From assembly GCF_036971445.1 (NCBI RefSeq), contig NC_091469.1, forward strand, positions 54,126,001 through 54,190,000: 64,000 nucleotides of DNA, written 5' to 3'. The DNA is from Narcine bancroftii. Its lineage: Eukaryota. Positions within the stretch are counted from its first letter, which is position 1; each line of letters begins with the position of its first letter. Both the position numbers and the translations under genes were made by a program. This document shows positions 12,470 through 26,402 of the stretch, piece by piece. The notes beneath the pieces are model-generated. The model made no database searches and was not told where the DNA came from. It worked only from the letters and a program-made list of their open reading frames with translations.

Positions 12470-14085
12470 TGATCATGGTGAGGTCAAAATTAAATATGTC
12501 TGTGTGGACAATATGGAGATTTAGGAAGTGAAAGTGTTGAATCTTCTCAAAAACATCAAGATTGTTAAGTCCTCAGGGCTGGACACAATATGCCCCAGGC
12601 TGCCATGGGAAGTGAGAAAAGAGATATCTGGGGCAGTAGCTATGATCTTTAAATTTTCTTTGGCCTGAAGATTGGAGAATGGCAAATGTAGTCCCCTTGA
12701 TTTAAAAAGGTAATAAGGTGAATCTTGGGAATTATAGAGCAGTGAGTCTTACATTAGTGGTGTGCAGACTACTGGAGAAGATTCTTAAGTATAGGATCTA
12801 TGAGCATTTGGAGAAGTACTCAAGATTGTCAGCATGGCTTTGTGAAGGGAAGATCGTGCCTTACAAGTCTAATTGAGGTTTTGAGAAGGTAACAAAGGAA
12901 ATTGATGAGGGTGGGGCAGTAGATGTGGTCTACATGGATTTTAGCAGAGCATTTTAATAAGGCCCCCCATGACAGATTCATCCAGGAAGCCATGAGGCAT
13001 GGGATCAGTGGAATCTTGGCTATGTGGATTTTAAAGATTGGCTTGTAGGAAGAAAGCAGAGAGTAGTAGTGGAAGGCAAATATTCTGCCTGGACGTCAGT
13101 GACTAGTGGAATGCCGCAAGAATCTGATTTGGGACACCTGCTCTTTGTGATGTTTTGTAAATGACCTGGATAAAGAGGCAGAAGGATGGGTCGAAGATTG
13201 GAGGAGTTGTGAATTTAGCTGAAGGGTGTTGAAGGTTAGAAGAGGATATAGACAGGAGGCAGAGTTGGGCAGAAAAGTGGCAGATGGAGTTCAATCTGGA
13301 TAAGTGTGAGGAGATGCATTTGGGAAGGAGAAACCAGAAGGCTGAGTACAGGTTTAATGGTCAGTTACTTAAGAGTATGGATGAACAGAGGAACCTTGGG
13401 ATGAAAATCCAAACATCTCTCGAGGTCACCACACAGGTTGATGGGATAGTTAAGAAGGCCTATGGGATGCTCGGATTCATTAATAGAGGGATTGAATTCA
13501 GGAGTAGAGAGGTCATGTTGCAACTCTACAAATCTCTGGTGAGGCCACAGTATTGTGTTCAGTTCTGGTCACTTTATTATAGGAAGGATGCGAAAGCTAT
13601 GGAGAGGGTGCAGAGGAGATTTACTAGGATGTTGCCTGGATTGGGAAATAAGTCTTATGAGGCAAGGTTAACAGAGCTCGGACATTTCTCTTTGGAGCAT
13701 AGAAGGATGAGAGGAGACGTGATAGTGGCGTACAAGATTATGAGAAGCATAGATAGGTTGGACAGCCAGCACCTCTTTCCTAGGGCAGGATCAGCCAACA
13801 CTAGAGCACATATGTACAAAGTTAAGGGAGGGATGTTTAAGGAAACAACAGGGGTAATTTTTTTACGCAGAGTTGTGGGTGCCTGGAATCCCTTGCTGGC
13901 GATGGTGGCGGAGGCTGCAACATTGAGGGCATTTAAGAGACTCAGACAGACACATGGATTAAAGAAAAATAGAGAGTTATAGGATAGGGAGGGTTTAGTA
14001 CTTTTTTATAGGAAGGAATATATGGGTCAGCACAACATTGAGGGCCAAAGGATTTGTACTGTCTTGTATTGTTCTATGTTCTATG
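12470..14085 (+). mobile_element. CR1 LINE, decayed
   Basis: NYRAVSLT, DVVYMDFS, WQMEFNLDKCE and MERVQRRFTRMLPGL motifs; (TTCTATG)n tail. Confidence 0.9.
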
Positions 14086-15529
14086 TCTTCTATATTCCCT
14101 ATTATGCTATTTTAAAGTAGCAGTGAGCCTGACAAAACTGTGATCCCCTTCACTTTCCCTTTGAAAAATTGCCATAAAGCCTAACGCTAAGTAACAAAAA
14201 GTGAAGAGTAAGCATGTACATTGGAAATGATCACTAATTATTTAATAGAACAAAGATTTAAATGTTTTTGTAATGTAATCGGATTAATATCAGCTTCTGG
14301 GCAAACATAGCTTTCATTGGGACTGAATAAAAGCTTTATTTAAAATGTTCCTCTTTGCTGCACTCAATGTCTTCACCTGAAATGCAAGCAACACATTGAG
14401 CTATAAAGCATTACTTGTCATTTTGTTCATCATTCCTTCAGCTCTAGGGAATTGCAAACCTTCCCATGGTCTCCACAAATGACATTCATCTTTCCCTCAT
14501 GCAACTTCCTCAAGCTCTGTATGATTTCTACATTCTGTTGCCCGGTTGCTGAAGATGGGGCTGTGTGCAATCAACTACCTTCCAGCTGCTTAGACCAGAC
14601 TGGTAACACAAAAATGGCCATATTCTGTTCTATCCATCTCAGCTTATTGGAAACTTCTTAATTGATGAATGAGAATTTTATCAGCTATGGCAGGAGTTGT
14701 TATGTCTGTGATTTGCCTTGAAATGTATCTGTCATGCAGCTCGAAATTGAATAGCCATTGTTGACCAGAGGAGAGATGTGGCAGTGACTTAAGGCACTCT
14801 GGAGAGAATGAATGATTTATGTAGTTTATAGACAGTCCTGCTCTTCTTCCGGCTCATGTGCTTTTTGTATCTAATCTGTAGTGGTTCAAGTTTGGATGGC
14901 ACTAATGAAAAAAGACTAGATGTTTTCCACCTAACCCCCACTGCAGAATTTATTCATTGACAAAATGCGCTAATGAAATGTCACCTTGGACAGCCAGCCA
15001 GAGGAATGATGTGCTGAACCTTTTGCACTTTATTTAACTTTTTGTGAAGAATGAATAACCTTAATCCTTTTATGCAATGGAAAGTCAATAACGAAAGTGT
15101 AGCTCAGCAATTGTCACCAAACACCACACATAGGAATAGAGGGTGAGAAAATAGCTTCAATGATTCATTTACACTGACTCTTTTCTGTTTGGTTACATAG
15201 TGGTGGACCAAACAAACTAAAAATCTCAGCAATGTTAATCAACTTTATAGTGCTTGATTACCAGAAAGCCTTCATATGACCTTTGGCAAAAATAAAACAG
15301 AATTTATATAAACTCAGAGACAATATCAGGTACTTATCTATATTAAACATATTTTCCAGCACTGGTTTCTTTGCCTTCTGTGTCATGGTATTTCAAGTGA
15401 TCATCTAAATACTTCTTGAATTCTGCAAGACTCCCTGCACTCATCAACCCCTCAGGCAATGTTATTGTAGATTCCAATCATATACTGATCCAAAACATTC
15501 TTCCTGGTCCTCTCTAAATTTCCTGACCT

Positions 15530-15825
15530 TTATTTAAGTACCCCTCTCCACAACTAAATCATGGATTTCTTTATTGAAAGACCACTGTCTGTCAGGGTTG
15601 CCAGCAGAACCTCAAGCCCCATCACAGTGAACACTGGCGCACCTTTCAGTCCTCTACTGTTCACACTGCCAACTCACAACTGCATTGCCAGGTTCAGTTC
15701 CAACAGAATCATCAAGTTTGTAGATGACACTACCTCCAAGAAATTGGGACAGGAGCATAAAATCCAGAATTGCCAAGTTGGGAACAGCTACTTCCTGTGG
15801 GTAGTGAAACTTGAAGAATTCTAGA
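15530..15825 (+). mobile_element. Rex1/Babar LINE fragment
   Basis: ITVNTGAP..SPLLFTL..NRIIKFVDDTT RT remnant fused to the 3' end. Confidence 0.7.
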
Positions 15826-15846
15826 AACCCGTAAATTATTTTTATT

Positions 15847-17614
15847 TACGGTATATTTCAGCATATAAGTCAAGTCATGAAACCCCCAAAAAATCTCTCA
15901 AATAATGGGGGTTGACTTATACACCAGACATACTTTTGAGACCTTATATTCAGCTCAAAATCCATTCCACACTGATTTGGCATATAAGTCAACCCTTGAA
16001 AAATGAGAAAAAAAACAATTGCAACAGATTATCATTGAGATTTTTAGTGAAAACAACTCAATTAGCACCCTTCAAAATCGCTATAATTGTCTGTAAACAA
16101 CAACATATTTAGAACCCTTCAAAAATCACTCTCGCTATCACCGTCTGAAGCAAAGATGGCAGCGAGCACATCCATGCTCTCACTGTTTAAGCAGTCATCA
16201 TATGGGTGCCAGTCAAATGAAACAGTTTCAGATTCATCAATAATATCCCAAAATAAATAATCTTCTGTGTCATCAATTGCACAAGAGATACCGCACTTTT
16301 AAAATGATTTTATCATAGTCTCGACTTTAACTTTGTCCCATGCCTGGACCATGAATTAACACAGCACATCAAGTGATGCAGCACCCATTGCCCCTCCTTT
16401 TGTAAATGACTTTTCTGCACTCAACATCCATGTATTCCATTCCTCGCGCACATGGTCTTTGAATGACTTGTTCAAGCAGACATCGAGAGGTTGCAATATA
16501 GATATCAAACCACCCGGGATAACCCCTATGTAAGTATTATGTAGTGCTAATCTACTTTTAGTGTTCTCAGTTAAGTAGTTATGAAACATATCAGAGACCA
16601 GCAAACTCTGATCTTTGCGTAAACCCCTGGCCGCCTGTTCCACACATTGTCTATCCATAGTTTTACAATATTTTCATGCATCCATCCTTTTCATGAAAAG
16701 ATACAAAAATATCTGCAGGGAATTTCATTTTTGGTTTAATTTTGCGCTTGAAGATTAACTTTATCCCATTGGCCATGCATGATAACACCACGGTAAACCT
16801 GGTCCTTTTGTTCTGTACTTCTGGTTTGAACAGTTAAACCTTTCCATTCCACTGTTCTATTGCCTATCATGTTGAAACTCATTGGGGTTTCGTCCATGTT
16901 TCTGATATTTTCCAATGCAAACTGGTGCTTCTACCGGTTCTGTATAATAAACTGGTGAAAACTTATAACTTGTTTTTTGGTGTAATACCAGATTTTTCCT
17001 GTCACAAAACTATTGCACCAGCCGACTGTAGCCTCCAAATCATCACTGAGTCTGGGTGTGACTTGGCCCACTGCAGTGTAAATGTTCTTATTTTATTTCA
17101 GGTGACTATGAAGCAATCTTTCCACTGTTCACATACCCAATCTGCAATGTGATTTTCGAACTCTGCCCAATAAGTGATTCCTTTTCTCAAAGAACATTGC
17201 CCTTTTGGTATGTTTCTTAAAGTCTCTTCTTTCTTTCTCCAATCTCTTATTTCTCATGAACATCAAATTTTCTTGCAGAAGCATGGTTATTGGTTTTCTT
17301 GGCCACGTCTGTCACTTTCAACTTAAAATTCACTTCATATTTTTGTCGCGTGCTGTGTTGATACCAATCACCTCCAGCTAATGCTCAGCAGATCGATCCG
17401 AACGATCTATGGGGATCAACATATATGCTGGTCAATGGCCCATCTCAGGCATTGTGAGTTTTGGGGGTCAACTTATACACCAGTCAACGGATCACCTCAG
17501 GAACCAGAAAACGGGCATTGACATTCGCCAGATATTCCATAAAACCCTTAAAATGAAGTTTTAAAAGGGGGTTGACTTATACCACAGTTGATTTATGCAC
17601 CAAAATATATGGTA
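15847..17614 (-). mobile_element. pogo/Tc2-like (POGK-type) DNA transposon, full-length but decayed
   Basis: TA-flanked imperfect TIRs (TACGGTATATTTCAGCATATAAGTC / GATTTATGCACCAAAATATATGGTA); subterminal GGGGTTGACTTATAC repeats; minus-strand NMDETP and IPGGLISILQPLDVCLNKSFK motifs; Brinker-like N-terminus near 17230-17345. Confidence 0.88.
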
Positions 17615-17952
17615 TATTTATTTTGGATTGCTACATTTATGCAGTATGTCATTGTGTGTTGGGTGTTTGTGCACTATGGTCTGGAGTTTTGGTGAGTTAT
17701 ATATGTCTATGCCTTCTGAATTGTCCCCCTTTCTGAAATTTCTCCCCCATCTATGCCACTCATAGTTTAGTCTACTTCTATTGCATATAACTTTGACCGT
17801 CTCTATTCTCCTGCTGTCTTTCCTGAGAAGTTAATTCCAATGAAATGGATTGTATTAGAAGTGGTGAGATGATGTCTAAATATTTAGGCTTTAATGCATT
17901 TTCATTTGAAAAATCCTGGACCTCAAATGTGAACACTCTAATAGAGTATTCA

Positions 17953-19302
17953 TTGTTGGGGTCTTTCATGGCTTGGTTCAGCATCATGCTGAAGAAGATT
18001 GAAAAGAGGGTTGGTGCGAGAACACAGCCTTGCTTCACGCCATTGTTAATGGAGAAGGGTTCAGAGAGCTCATTGCTGTATCTGACCCGACCTTGTTGGT
18101 TTTCGTGCAGTTGGATAATCATGTTGAGGAACTTTGGGGGACATCCGATGCGCTCTAGTATTTGCCAAAGCAAATACTGTTTACATCCGGTACCGCACTG
18201 TTTACATCCGGTACCGCACGGATGGCAGTCTCTTCAATCTGAGGCGCCTGCAAGCTCACACCAAGACACAAGAGAAACTTGTCCGTGAACTACTCTTTGC
18301 AGATGATGCCGCTTTAGTTGCCCATTCAGAGCCAGCTCTTCAGCGCTTGACGTCCTGCTTTGCGGAAACTGCCAAAATGTTTGGCCTGGAAGTCAGCCTG
18401 AAGAAAACTGAGGTCCTCCATCAGCCAGCTCCCCACCATGACTACCAGCCCCCCCACATCTCCATCGGGCACACAAAACTCAAAACGGTCAACCAGTTTA
18501 CCTATCTCGGCTGCACCATTTCATCAGATGCAAGGATCGACAATGAGATAGACAACAGACTCGCCAAGGCAAATAGCGCCTTTGGAAGACTACACAAAAG
18601 AGTCTGGAAAAACAACCAACTGAAAAACCTCACAAAGATAAGCGTATACAGAGCCGTTGTCATACCCACACTCCTGTTCGGCTCCGAATCATGGGTCCTC
18701 TACCGGCACCACCTACGGCTCCTAGAACGCTTCCACCAGCGTTGTCTCCGCTCCATCCTCAACATCCATTGGAGTGCTCACACCCCTAACGTCGAGGTAC
18801 TCGAGATGGCAGAGGTCGACAGCATCGAGTCCACGCTGCTGAAGATCCAGCTGCGCTGGATGGGTCACGTCTCCAGAATGGAGGACCATCGCCTTCCCAA
18901 GATCGTATTATATGGCGAGCTCTCCACTGGCCACCGTGACAGAGGTGCACCAAAGAAAAGGTACAAGGACTGCCTAAAGAAATCTCTTGGTGCCTGCCAC
19001 ATTGACCACCGCCAGTGGGCTGATAACGCCTCAAACCGTGCATCTTGGCGCCTCACAGTTTGGCGGGCAGCAGCCTCCTTTGAAGAAGACCGCAGAGCCC
19101 ACCTCACTGACAAAAGGCAAAGGAGGAAAAACCCAACACCCAACCCCAACCAACCAATTTTCCCTTGCAACCGCTGCAATCGTGTCTGCCTGTCCCGCAT
19201 CGGACTGGTCAGCCACAAACGAGCCTGCAGCTGACGTGGACTTTTTACCCCCTCCATAAATCTTCGTCCGCGAAGCCAAGCCAAAGAAGAAAAGAAAGAA
19301 AG
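17953..19302 (+). mobile_element. RTE LINE with inverted 5' segment (~17949-18171 on -, 18177-19302 on +)
   Basis: 13-bp TSD AATAGAGTATTCA (17940-17952 / 19303-19315). The inverted part encodes LWQILERIG...DPNNE and the direct part resumes at VYIRYRT. Confidence 0.93.
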
Positions 19303-20269
19303 AATAGAGTATTCACTTTGAACTTACTCTATGACCTTTGACTTTACCTTCATATATTTAATAATAACATATTCTTGTTGAAGTGTTAATAGCTGTATGG
19401 TGTGACATTATTTGCTTCCTCCTCCTAACAATTCAAAAATAAATCTGAGCTGTCAGTACATCACTTTTGATACACTGAGTATTAAGATGAAATTTGCAAA
19501 GGTCGACTCCTTTTTTATTTAAAGCACTGAGAGAAGCCTAATGCAATCAAACCATATCAATGTGATTTAATGAATCTGACAAATTTGCAAAATGTTTTGA
19601 CTATGTAACACATGGAGTTAATAAAGGGGAACCTGCAGATGCAGTGTATGGAAATTTCCAGAAGATTTGACAAGGTTCCACAATGTAAGAAAAACACACA
19701 GAAATGCTTGAGAAACTCAGCCGGTCTTGTAGCATCCATAGGAGGTTATATTACCGACATTTCGGGCTTGACCCCTTCTTCAAGGAATAAGCAAAAAACA
19801 GGAATCTAGAGCTCATACTATTGGAGAATGAATTGCATGAATTGAAGACTGTTATAGTACAAAAATTATAGAGCCAGAATAAATGGGCTTTTTCATGCTG
19901 GAAGGATGCAATTCCCAGAGCATTCCATATATCAATTGATGACCCTTAATTATTTACTTTCAAGATTAACGAGTATAAGGTGTCCAGGTATGCCATAGGT
20001 ATGGAATTAGATGTATGCCAGAAAGAGGATATGTGAACTCTACAACAGGATATAGATAGGTTGAGTTAGTGGCTCATAACTTTGCAGATGTGGGAAAGTG
20101 TAAGGACATGCAAAGTCAGACTATTTTGTACTTGAAGAGAGATCTCAATGTTCAATAGCACGGATCGCAAAATAGTAGCAGGAAGATGCAGCAAGTGGTT
20201 TAGTGAAGGAAATGGGCCTTATTGCAAGGGAGATGGTTCATAAAATAGAGAAGCATTATTCAAATACTA

Positions 20270-20615
20270 CTCCACTTCTGGAGTATTACATGAGATGGTG
20301 TCCTGGAAAAGCAGCTTCTATACTCAAAGACCCCCACCATCCAGGCCATGCCCTCTTCACTCTACTACCAATAGGGAAAAGGTAAAGGAGCCTAAAGATG
20401 AGCACTCAATGGCACAAGGACAGCTTCTTCCCCACTGCCATCAGATTCCTGAATAATCAACGAACCATAGACACTGCCTTACGTTTCGTGCAGTATTATT
20501 TTCACTTTTTTTTATAGTGATGGCATAAGATGGTTATAATATGAACATTTACATTATGATACTGCTGTAACACACTGAATTTCATGACTTGTTCATGATT
20601 CTGATTCTAATTCTG
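20270..20615 (+). mobile_element. Rex1/Babar 3' end, inserted in old CR1 fragments (~19500-20970)
   Basis: KAASILKDPHHPGHALFTLLP motif and (ATTCTG)n tail. Confidence 0.7.
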
Positions 20616-23526
20616 ATCTCCTTTATTTCAGAAAATATGTACTAGGATTGAGGCAATCCAGAATAGATTTATTGTTGTTCCTTGAGATTAAAGAGTTGTC
20701 TTATCACAAATGGCTAAAGATCTGTATTATTTGGAATTTGAAACAATATGGCTGATCTTAATGTATAACATGTATAACATGACAAGACAGATGTTGAGAT
20801 GTTTTGGCTTAAATAACCGTGAACGAAGGTTATTTAAAAGCTAATGTACGTATTCTTCTTGCAGAGGCTGGTTAGTCTCTGGAATTCTGTACCCTGGTGC
20901 ATTGTGGAGGTGAGAACATATGGAGTATTTAAAAGAGAGAGTAAGTGTATTCTTTCAAAGATCAGGAAATTGAATGGAAAGCAGTGCTGAGTGGCCACGT
21001 GGTGTAATCTTGCTTCTACTGCTTTGTTTTTCTGTTGTGAAAAAAAAACAAATCTCGTTCATCTTAAATAAATTGTTGAACATAGTTTGCCAAATGAAAT
21101 AATAGATTGTATACCTGATGATCAGCAAACTAAAATAGCCAATTCTTTTATATTCCAGGGTCCCTAATACTATGTCGCTTTCAGATTAGAATTTTAATAC
21201 CATTTAAAACTGATAATCTGATCTCCATTGACTGCTACAGAATGCACTAACTTGCGTTTAGGACCCTTCGTTAGAACTATGATCAACAGCATTATTCACC
21301 TCAATTGATTTTGTACAATTCTGCCATGAATTGAATTATGAAAGAAATAATATTATTCAGGAGAGAATAAATACAAGGTACAAACATTGTTTCTGTCTCA
21401 CAATAGATTGTCTACAATAGATTGTAGTCACATAAATTCATATTGTATGGAATCTGGAGCTGAAAAATATGTACTTATTTTACTGTGAATTTTTTTCTGA
21501 AATAATCTTTATTAAAAAGATAAGATTGTCAGTGATTCACACAAAAAAAATAGTCATTTAAAAAAAAAATCCTGGTTTAAGGTGGCCATTTATTATAGCA
21601 CCATAATATTGGCTAGAAGCTGCATCCAACAGGAAAAATATAAATCTCAAATTATTTTATCTTACTTGTGAAGGATATGAGGTCTATTAATGCAACAACA
21701 TTCTGTCTTTTTCTCCACATGGTGCTTCCTTGAAATTTGACACAATTGATCAATATTGGAATCTTCCTGCCTTAGATTTCTGATCCTCTAAGATTTGTGG
21801 AATCAGGGAAATCTCTTGTTTTACGCAGGAAGGTTATTGCTTTCATCCCTGAGTCTGTTGCAACACACCTTCTGCCAAGTACGGAGAACCAAATGAACCT
21901 TTCTAACAGAGGCCTAAGGTTCATATTTATCAATATCCCTTCATCAGGCAACATTCCTTAAAATTTTATTTTTTGCTAATAAAGTCCTTTATTTTTCAGG
22001 AATCCAGACCTCATTTCTAATCATGTTTCCACATGGTCCACTTCTTTTACCTGTTACTTTCCCAAATTAGCAGTTCCCAAGTCTCAAGGATATCAGAATT
22101 CCTGGCACAGTGTCACTATCTGGTACATATGGTATATTTTCTTTGACTCTTACAAGATCTATGGAAATTCTGATATGAAGTTAAAAGTCCATTTATTCAA
22201 GTCTTAGTCTGATGTCCAGTCCTTCTGCACCTTACCCCTGACAAGACCATTTACTTGCAGTCCTGCTATTTTGCAACATACACCTTTCAGAATTTCTATG
22301 TAGAAAAAATAGACATGTTTTGGGTTTGGTTTTTGGATTGGCTTTTTGCATTTTGGGACACCTGCATTCTGCTGACAAGCCAGTTTCTCATAAATAAATT
22401 TAAATTAAAGTACAATACACAGTTAGCATCTGCATGCCATTAGTGTATAACTCAGTACTACAGTCACTGTCAATCTTTACATAAAATATAAATGATCAGT
22501 GGCAAGAAACGTTAGTTTCCTCACAGTATTTACAGGTACATTCGCATTTTCAAATTTCAGCTGCTATTAACATTTGCCAAATATTCTGCTTACATTGTTG
22601 AGTGTGTTAAAGAGAGAAGTAGCACCCTAAAAGAGGCCTACGGTAGTGTTTCCTGTAAATCCCAGGCCAGAAATGTTAATCCTTTTTATCTTATGCCACA
22701 GCTGTTGTCTGACCTGCAGTTTCAGACTCCCAGTTTTCATTCTGGGATGACCTGTTTTCTGTTTAATCAGAAGACCTTAAAACAGATTACAAGTGTCTCG
22801 TTATTGTTGTTAATTGAGAAAGGGAATACTTTTCACTCTTCCATCTTGAGTGGGAGATGAAAGCCATCTGTTAGAAAGATCCCAGGGATCTGTAGCTCCA
22901 ATGAGGAAACAGGAGTCACAGGAAGTATTATAGTACAAATGGGCAGCAAAAGCCCAATCCTATCCCTGAGGAGAAGTCGAAAACTAAAGCATCTGCTGCA
23001 AACATAAGGTGTCTCCTGTTTCAAGACCTGCAACCTCAGCTACAACAGGTACAATGTTTCCAATTACTCTCAATGGTGGTCATAGCTCTCAGTTGCTCTG
23101 CCTGCCTCATCCAAGATGTACTGATGGCGTCAGTCTAATGTTTTCAACTGCACTGAGTGGCTGATTAATATCACCTTTGCTCATGGATAACCAAATATAG
23201 TAAGATAAGATTCACTTAGATTGCAGTGTTACCTGAATGTGTATCAATGCTGTAGCTGAGGTTACTTGGAGGATCACATCAACTTATATTTAATTTATAT
23301 AATGTTGGTGTGTGAACATCAACAACACATCATGAAAGTCTCTATGTGCTTTCCTTAATCCAGTCAAAGGCATCTCTCCGTTCTCCTCCTCTTTAGTCCT
23401 CCAGGTTATATGGAGATTGGTAGGAGGAGACAAGGTTAATCCCATCTCCTTCACCCTATCACCACCATCCTTGAAAACAGGATTCTTCTTTGAAGTCTTC
23501 AAATAGTAAAGCAAGCTGCGTAACAA

Positions 23527-23900
23527 ATCAGAATCAGGATTTATTGTCATGATGTCATTAAATTGGTTGTTTTGAGGCAGCATTATAGTGTAAACATTTA
23601 TAGAAACCACTTTACCAAATAATTTTGTTTAAAAGTGCAAGAAAAAGTCAAGGTAATGTCTGTATTTCATTGTTCATTCAGGAATCTGATGGCGGAGAGA
23701 AAGAAGCTGTCCTTGTGCTCGTCTTCAGGTTCTTGTACCTTTTTCCTGATGGTAGCAGAATGAAGAGGGCATGGGTGGTGGGGTCCACGAGGATAGAGGT
23801 TGTTTCTTAAGATACCTTCTCTTGTAGATGTCCTTGATGGAGTGAAGTCTGGTGCCCAAGGTGCTGCAGGACGAGTTAACAACCCTCTGGAGTTTTTTTT
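23527..23900 (-). mobile_element. Rex1/Babar 3' end
   Basis: TCAGAATCAGGATTTATT tail (reverse complement); DSFFLSAIRFLN motif. Confidence 0.7.
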
Positions 23901-25530
23901 TCCCATAGATTTATATATAACTAAACACCTTATGAATATTATCAATGAATGTTAAATATCAGTTCCAAAGCCTGTGGGCTTCTTTCACTGCATTATTAAT
24001 AATGTGTCAGGGTCATGGTGAATTGCTGTAGATTGCATTCATTTTCTCTGCACAACATATCCACAAATGCAAAGAAATGGATTAGAACAGCACTCCTTGA
24101 ACTTATTGGGAGGAACTCAGTTGGACAAAAATTATTCAGTAGTCCCTGTCCCTTCCCCAACTAACACACATATTACAGTGAAAGTTAGCTCCAATACCTT
24201 CCCTTTCCTTCCACCATTTGATATACTATTTCTACCCAAAGCTAAACCTTGATATTCTAGTCATATGACATTGCAATGTCAACAATAATATTATAAAGTT
24301 ACCATGTGCTCAATATCTACAACAAAATTAATTTAAAAATAAGTAAATGAAGGCTAAACCACTATAAAGCTCTTCAAATTCATCATCTCCACTGCTGTGT
24401 GTCTTCCTTCTTCCAATCATACTGATCCAAGATACCCCGATTGCAGCGAGAATCTGATCTCTCCCCCATGGTACCACACTCTCCCTTCTGCTGTGTACAA
24501 GCTTAATCCTCAAGGAAAGTAGGGTAGTTAACTTGTAGGATGTACAAGTGCTGTGAAGGTAAGATGAAGAATTCACAAGAAGTGTGTGTAGGAGCCTCAG
24601 AAGAAAGTCCTCCTCATCTCTGTCTTAAATTGTTCACCTTTTGTTCTATAACTATGCCTACTTGTTCAAGATTGTCCCAGGAGGGGAAACATGATTTGAG
24701 CATATAAACACAATCTGCTGGAGAAACTAAGTGGGTCGAACAGCATCAGAGGGAGAAAAAGAATGGATGACATTCAATTTGAAATACTTTGTTAAAATTA
24801 AGTCTCGATAAAAGGCTTCAAGCTGAAACATTAACCATTCTTTTTCTCCCACTGATGCTTCTTGATCCACTGATTTTCTCCAAAAGATCGTAGATGCTAG
24901 AATCTGAAGCAAAACACAACCTCCTGTGCATTCCCTTCTTTTCAGCATCAATTTGCCAACCTCTATCAGAATTTTATAGTTACATCATATTTTTCTTAAC
25001 TCTACTGAGTACTGGTTCATTCAGCTCAATCATTTTTCATAAGACCTCACACTTCTCTCAAGAATCAACATTCTGAGCCTCATGTGGACTGCTTCAAATG
25101 CGTCCTTATTGCACCTTAAATAGGGAGACTAATTTGGCCTGCAGTATTTCAGATTCAGTCTTACTGGTGGCCTGCAGAGCTGAAGCAAGACTTCTCTAAC
25201 ATTTGTACTCTATTCCTATCACACTAAAGGCCAACACTATTCTTGCTGCATAGTAGATAACCTTATATTTCCTCACATTAGCAATACACAAAGTGCTGCC
25301 AGAACTCAGTCAGTCAACCAGAATCCATAGAATAGACAGTCCACATTTCAGGCTAGAAAATCCTTCCCAAAATGTCTATTGTTTTCCACAGATGCTGCCT
25401 GACTCATTAAGTTCCTCCGGCACTATATTTATTGTCTCAATTTTCTGGCATCTGCAGACATCTTGTTTTACCTAAATTATCTTCCATCTTCCAAATTTTG
25501 GATAGTCATTTAAATCTATCTGCATGTATC

Positions 25531-26243
25531 TAGAGTGCTCTTCATAATATTTGGGACAAAGGAACATCATTAAAAAGAAAAAGCATTCTGGTGAACTCAG
25601 TAATCATAAATGAATTGGTATTCCAAGGAATACCTCCACTGCTGGTGACTGAAGAAGTCTCATCAAAATGAATGTCTGACAGATCAGAAACACTCTTCAG
25701 GAGGCAGGTGTTAATGTGCCAATGACGACTGTCTACAGAAGGGTTTATGAACAGAAATACAGAGGCTACACTGCAAAATGCAAATCATTAGTTTGCCACA
25801 GAAAGTATGGCCAGATTATAGTTTGCCAAGAAGTATTTAAAAGAGCCTGCAGAATTCTGTAAAAAAAAGAGATCTTGTGGACAGATGAGACCATGTTGAA
25901 AAATGGCAGACTCCAAAGGTGATCAAAAGCTTTGAAGCAAACCGAACTCTCTTATACCTGCATCAATGAAGCAATTAAACATACCTGAGTAATCACAAAC
26001 ACGTGTGAAGCCAAATCTCCCAAACATTATGGTGCCCTGAAATTGTTGGACGGAACTACATATAAAAAGTGTTGTAATTTCTACATGGTCAAACCAAAAT
26101 GTATGCAAATAACCTTGAATAAAATCTGGAATGTGCACTTTAATTACATGTAAATTGTTGGATTACCAATTTAAAACTATGGAGCACAGAGGCAAATAAA
26201 GGAAAAAGGTGTATTTGTCCCCAGCATTATGGAGAACATGGTA
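25531..26243 (+). mobile_element. Tc1-like transposon, internally deleted
   Basis: Imperfect TIRs TAGAGTGCTCTTCATAATATTTGGGACAAA / TTTGTCCCCAGCATTATGGAGAACATGGTA; transposase remnant ending ILWTDET. Confidence 0.8.
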
Positions 26244-26402
26244 TATTATCACATCCTAATATCTCAGAGGTGTTTGTTACATACAGGTTTAGTTCCACAT
26301 GTAACCAATGAAAACTTTGTTTGAGTTGGCATAATATGATTTAAAGGAGGTGCTTGTTTCTTCAGTTTTTCCACCACATTACATTACTCATTTTACTCAT
26401 GT

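Noticed and set aside
22833-24576. Short ORFs in non-repeat sequence (22833-23033, 23290-23610, 24328-24576)
   Set aside because: No recognisable domains or convincing splice-site pairs.
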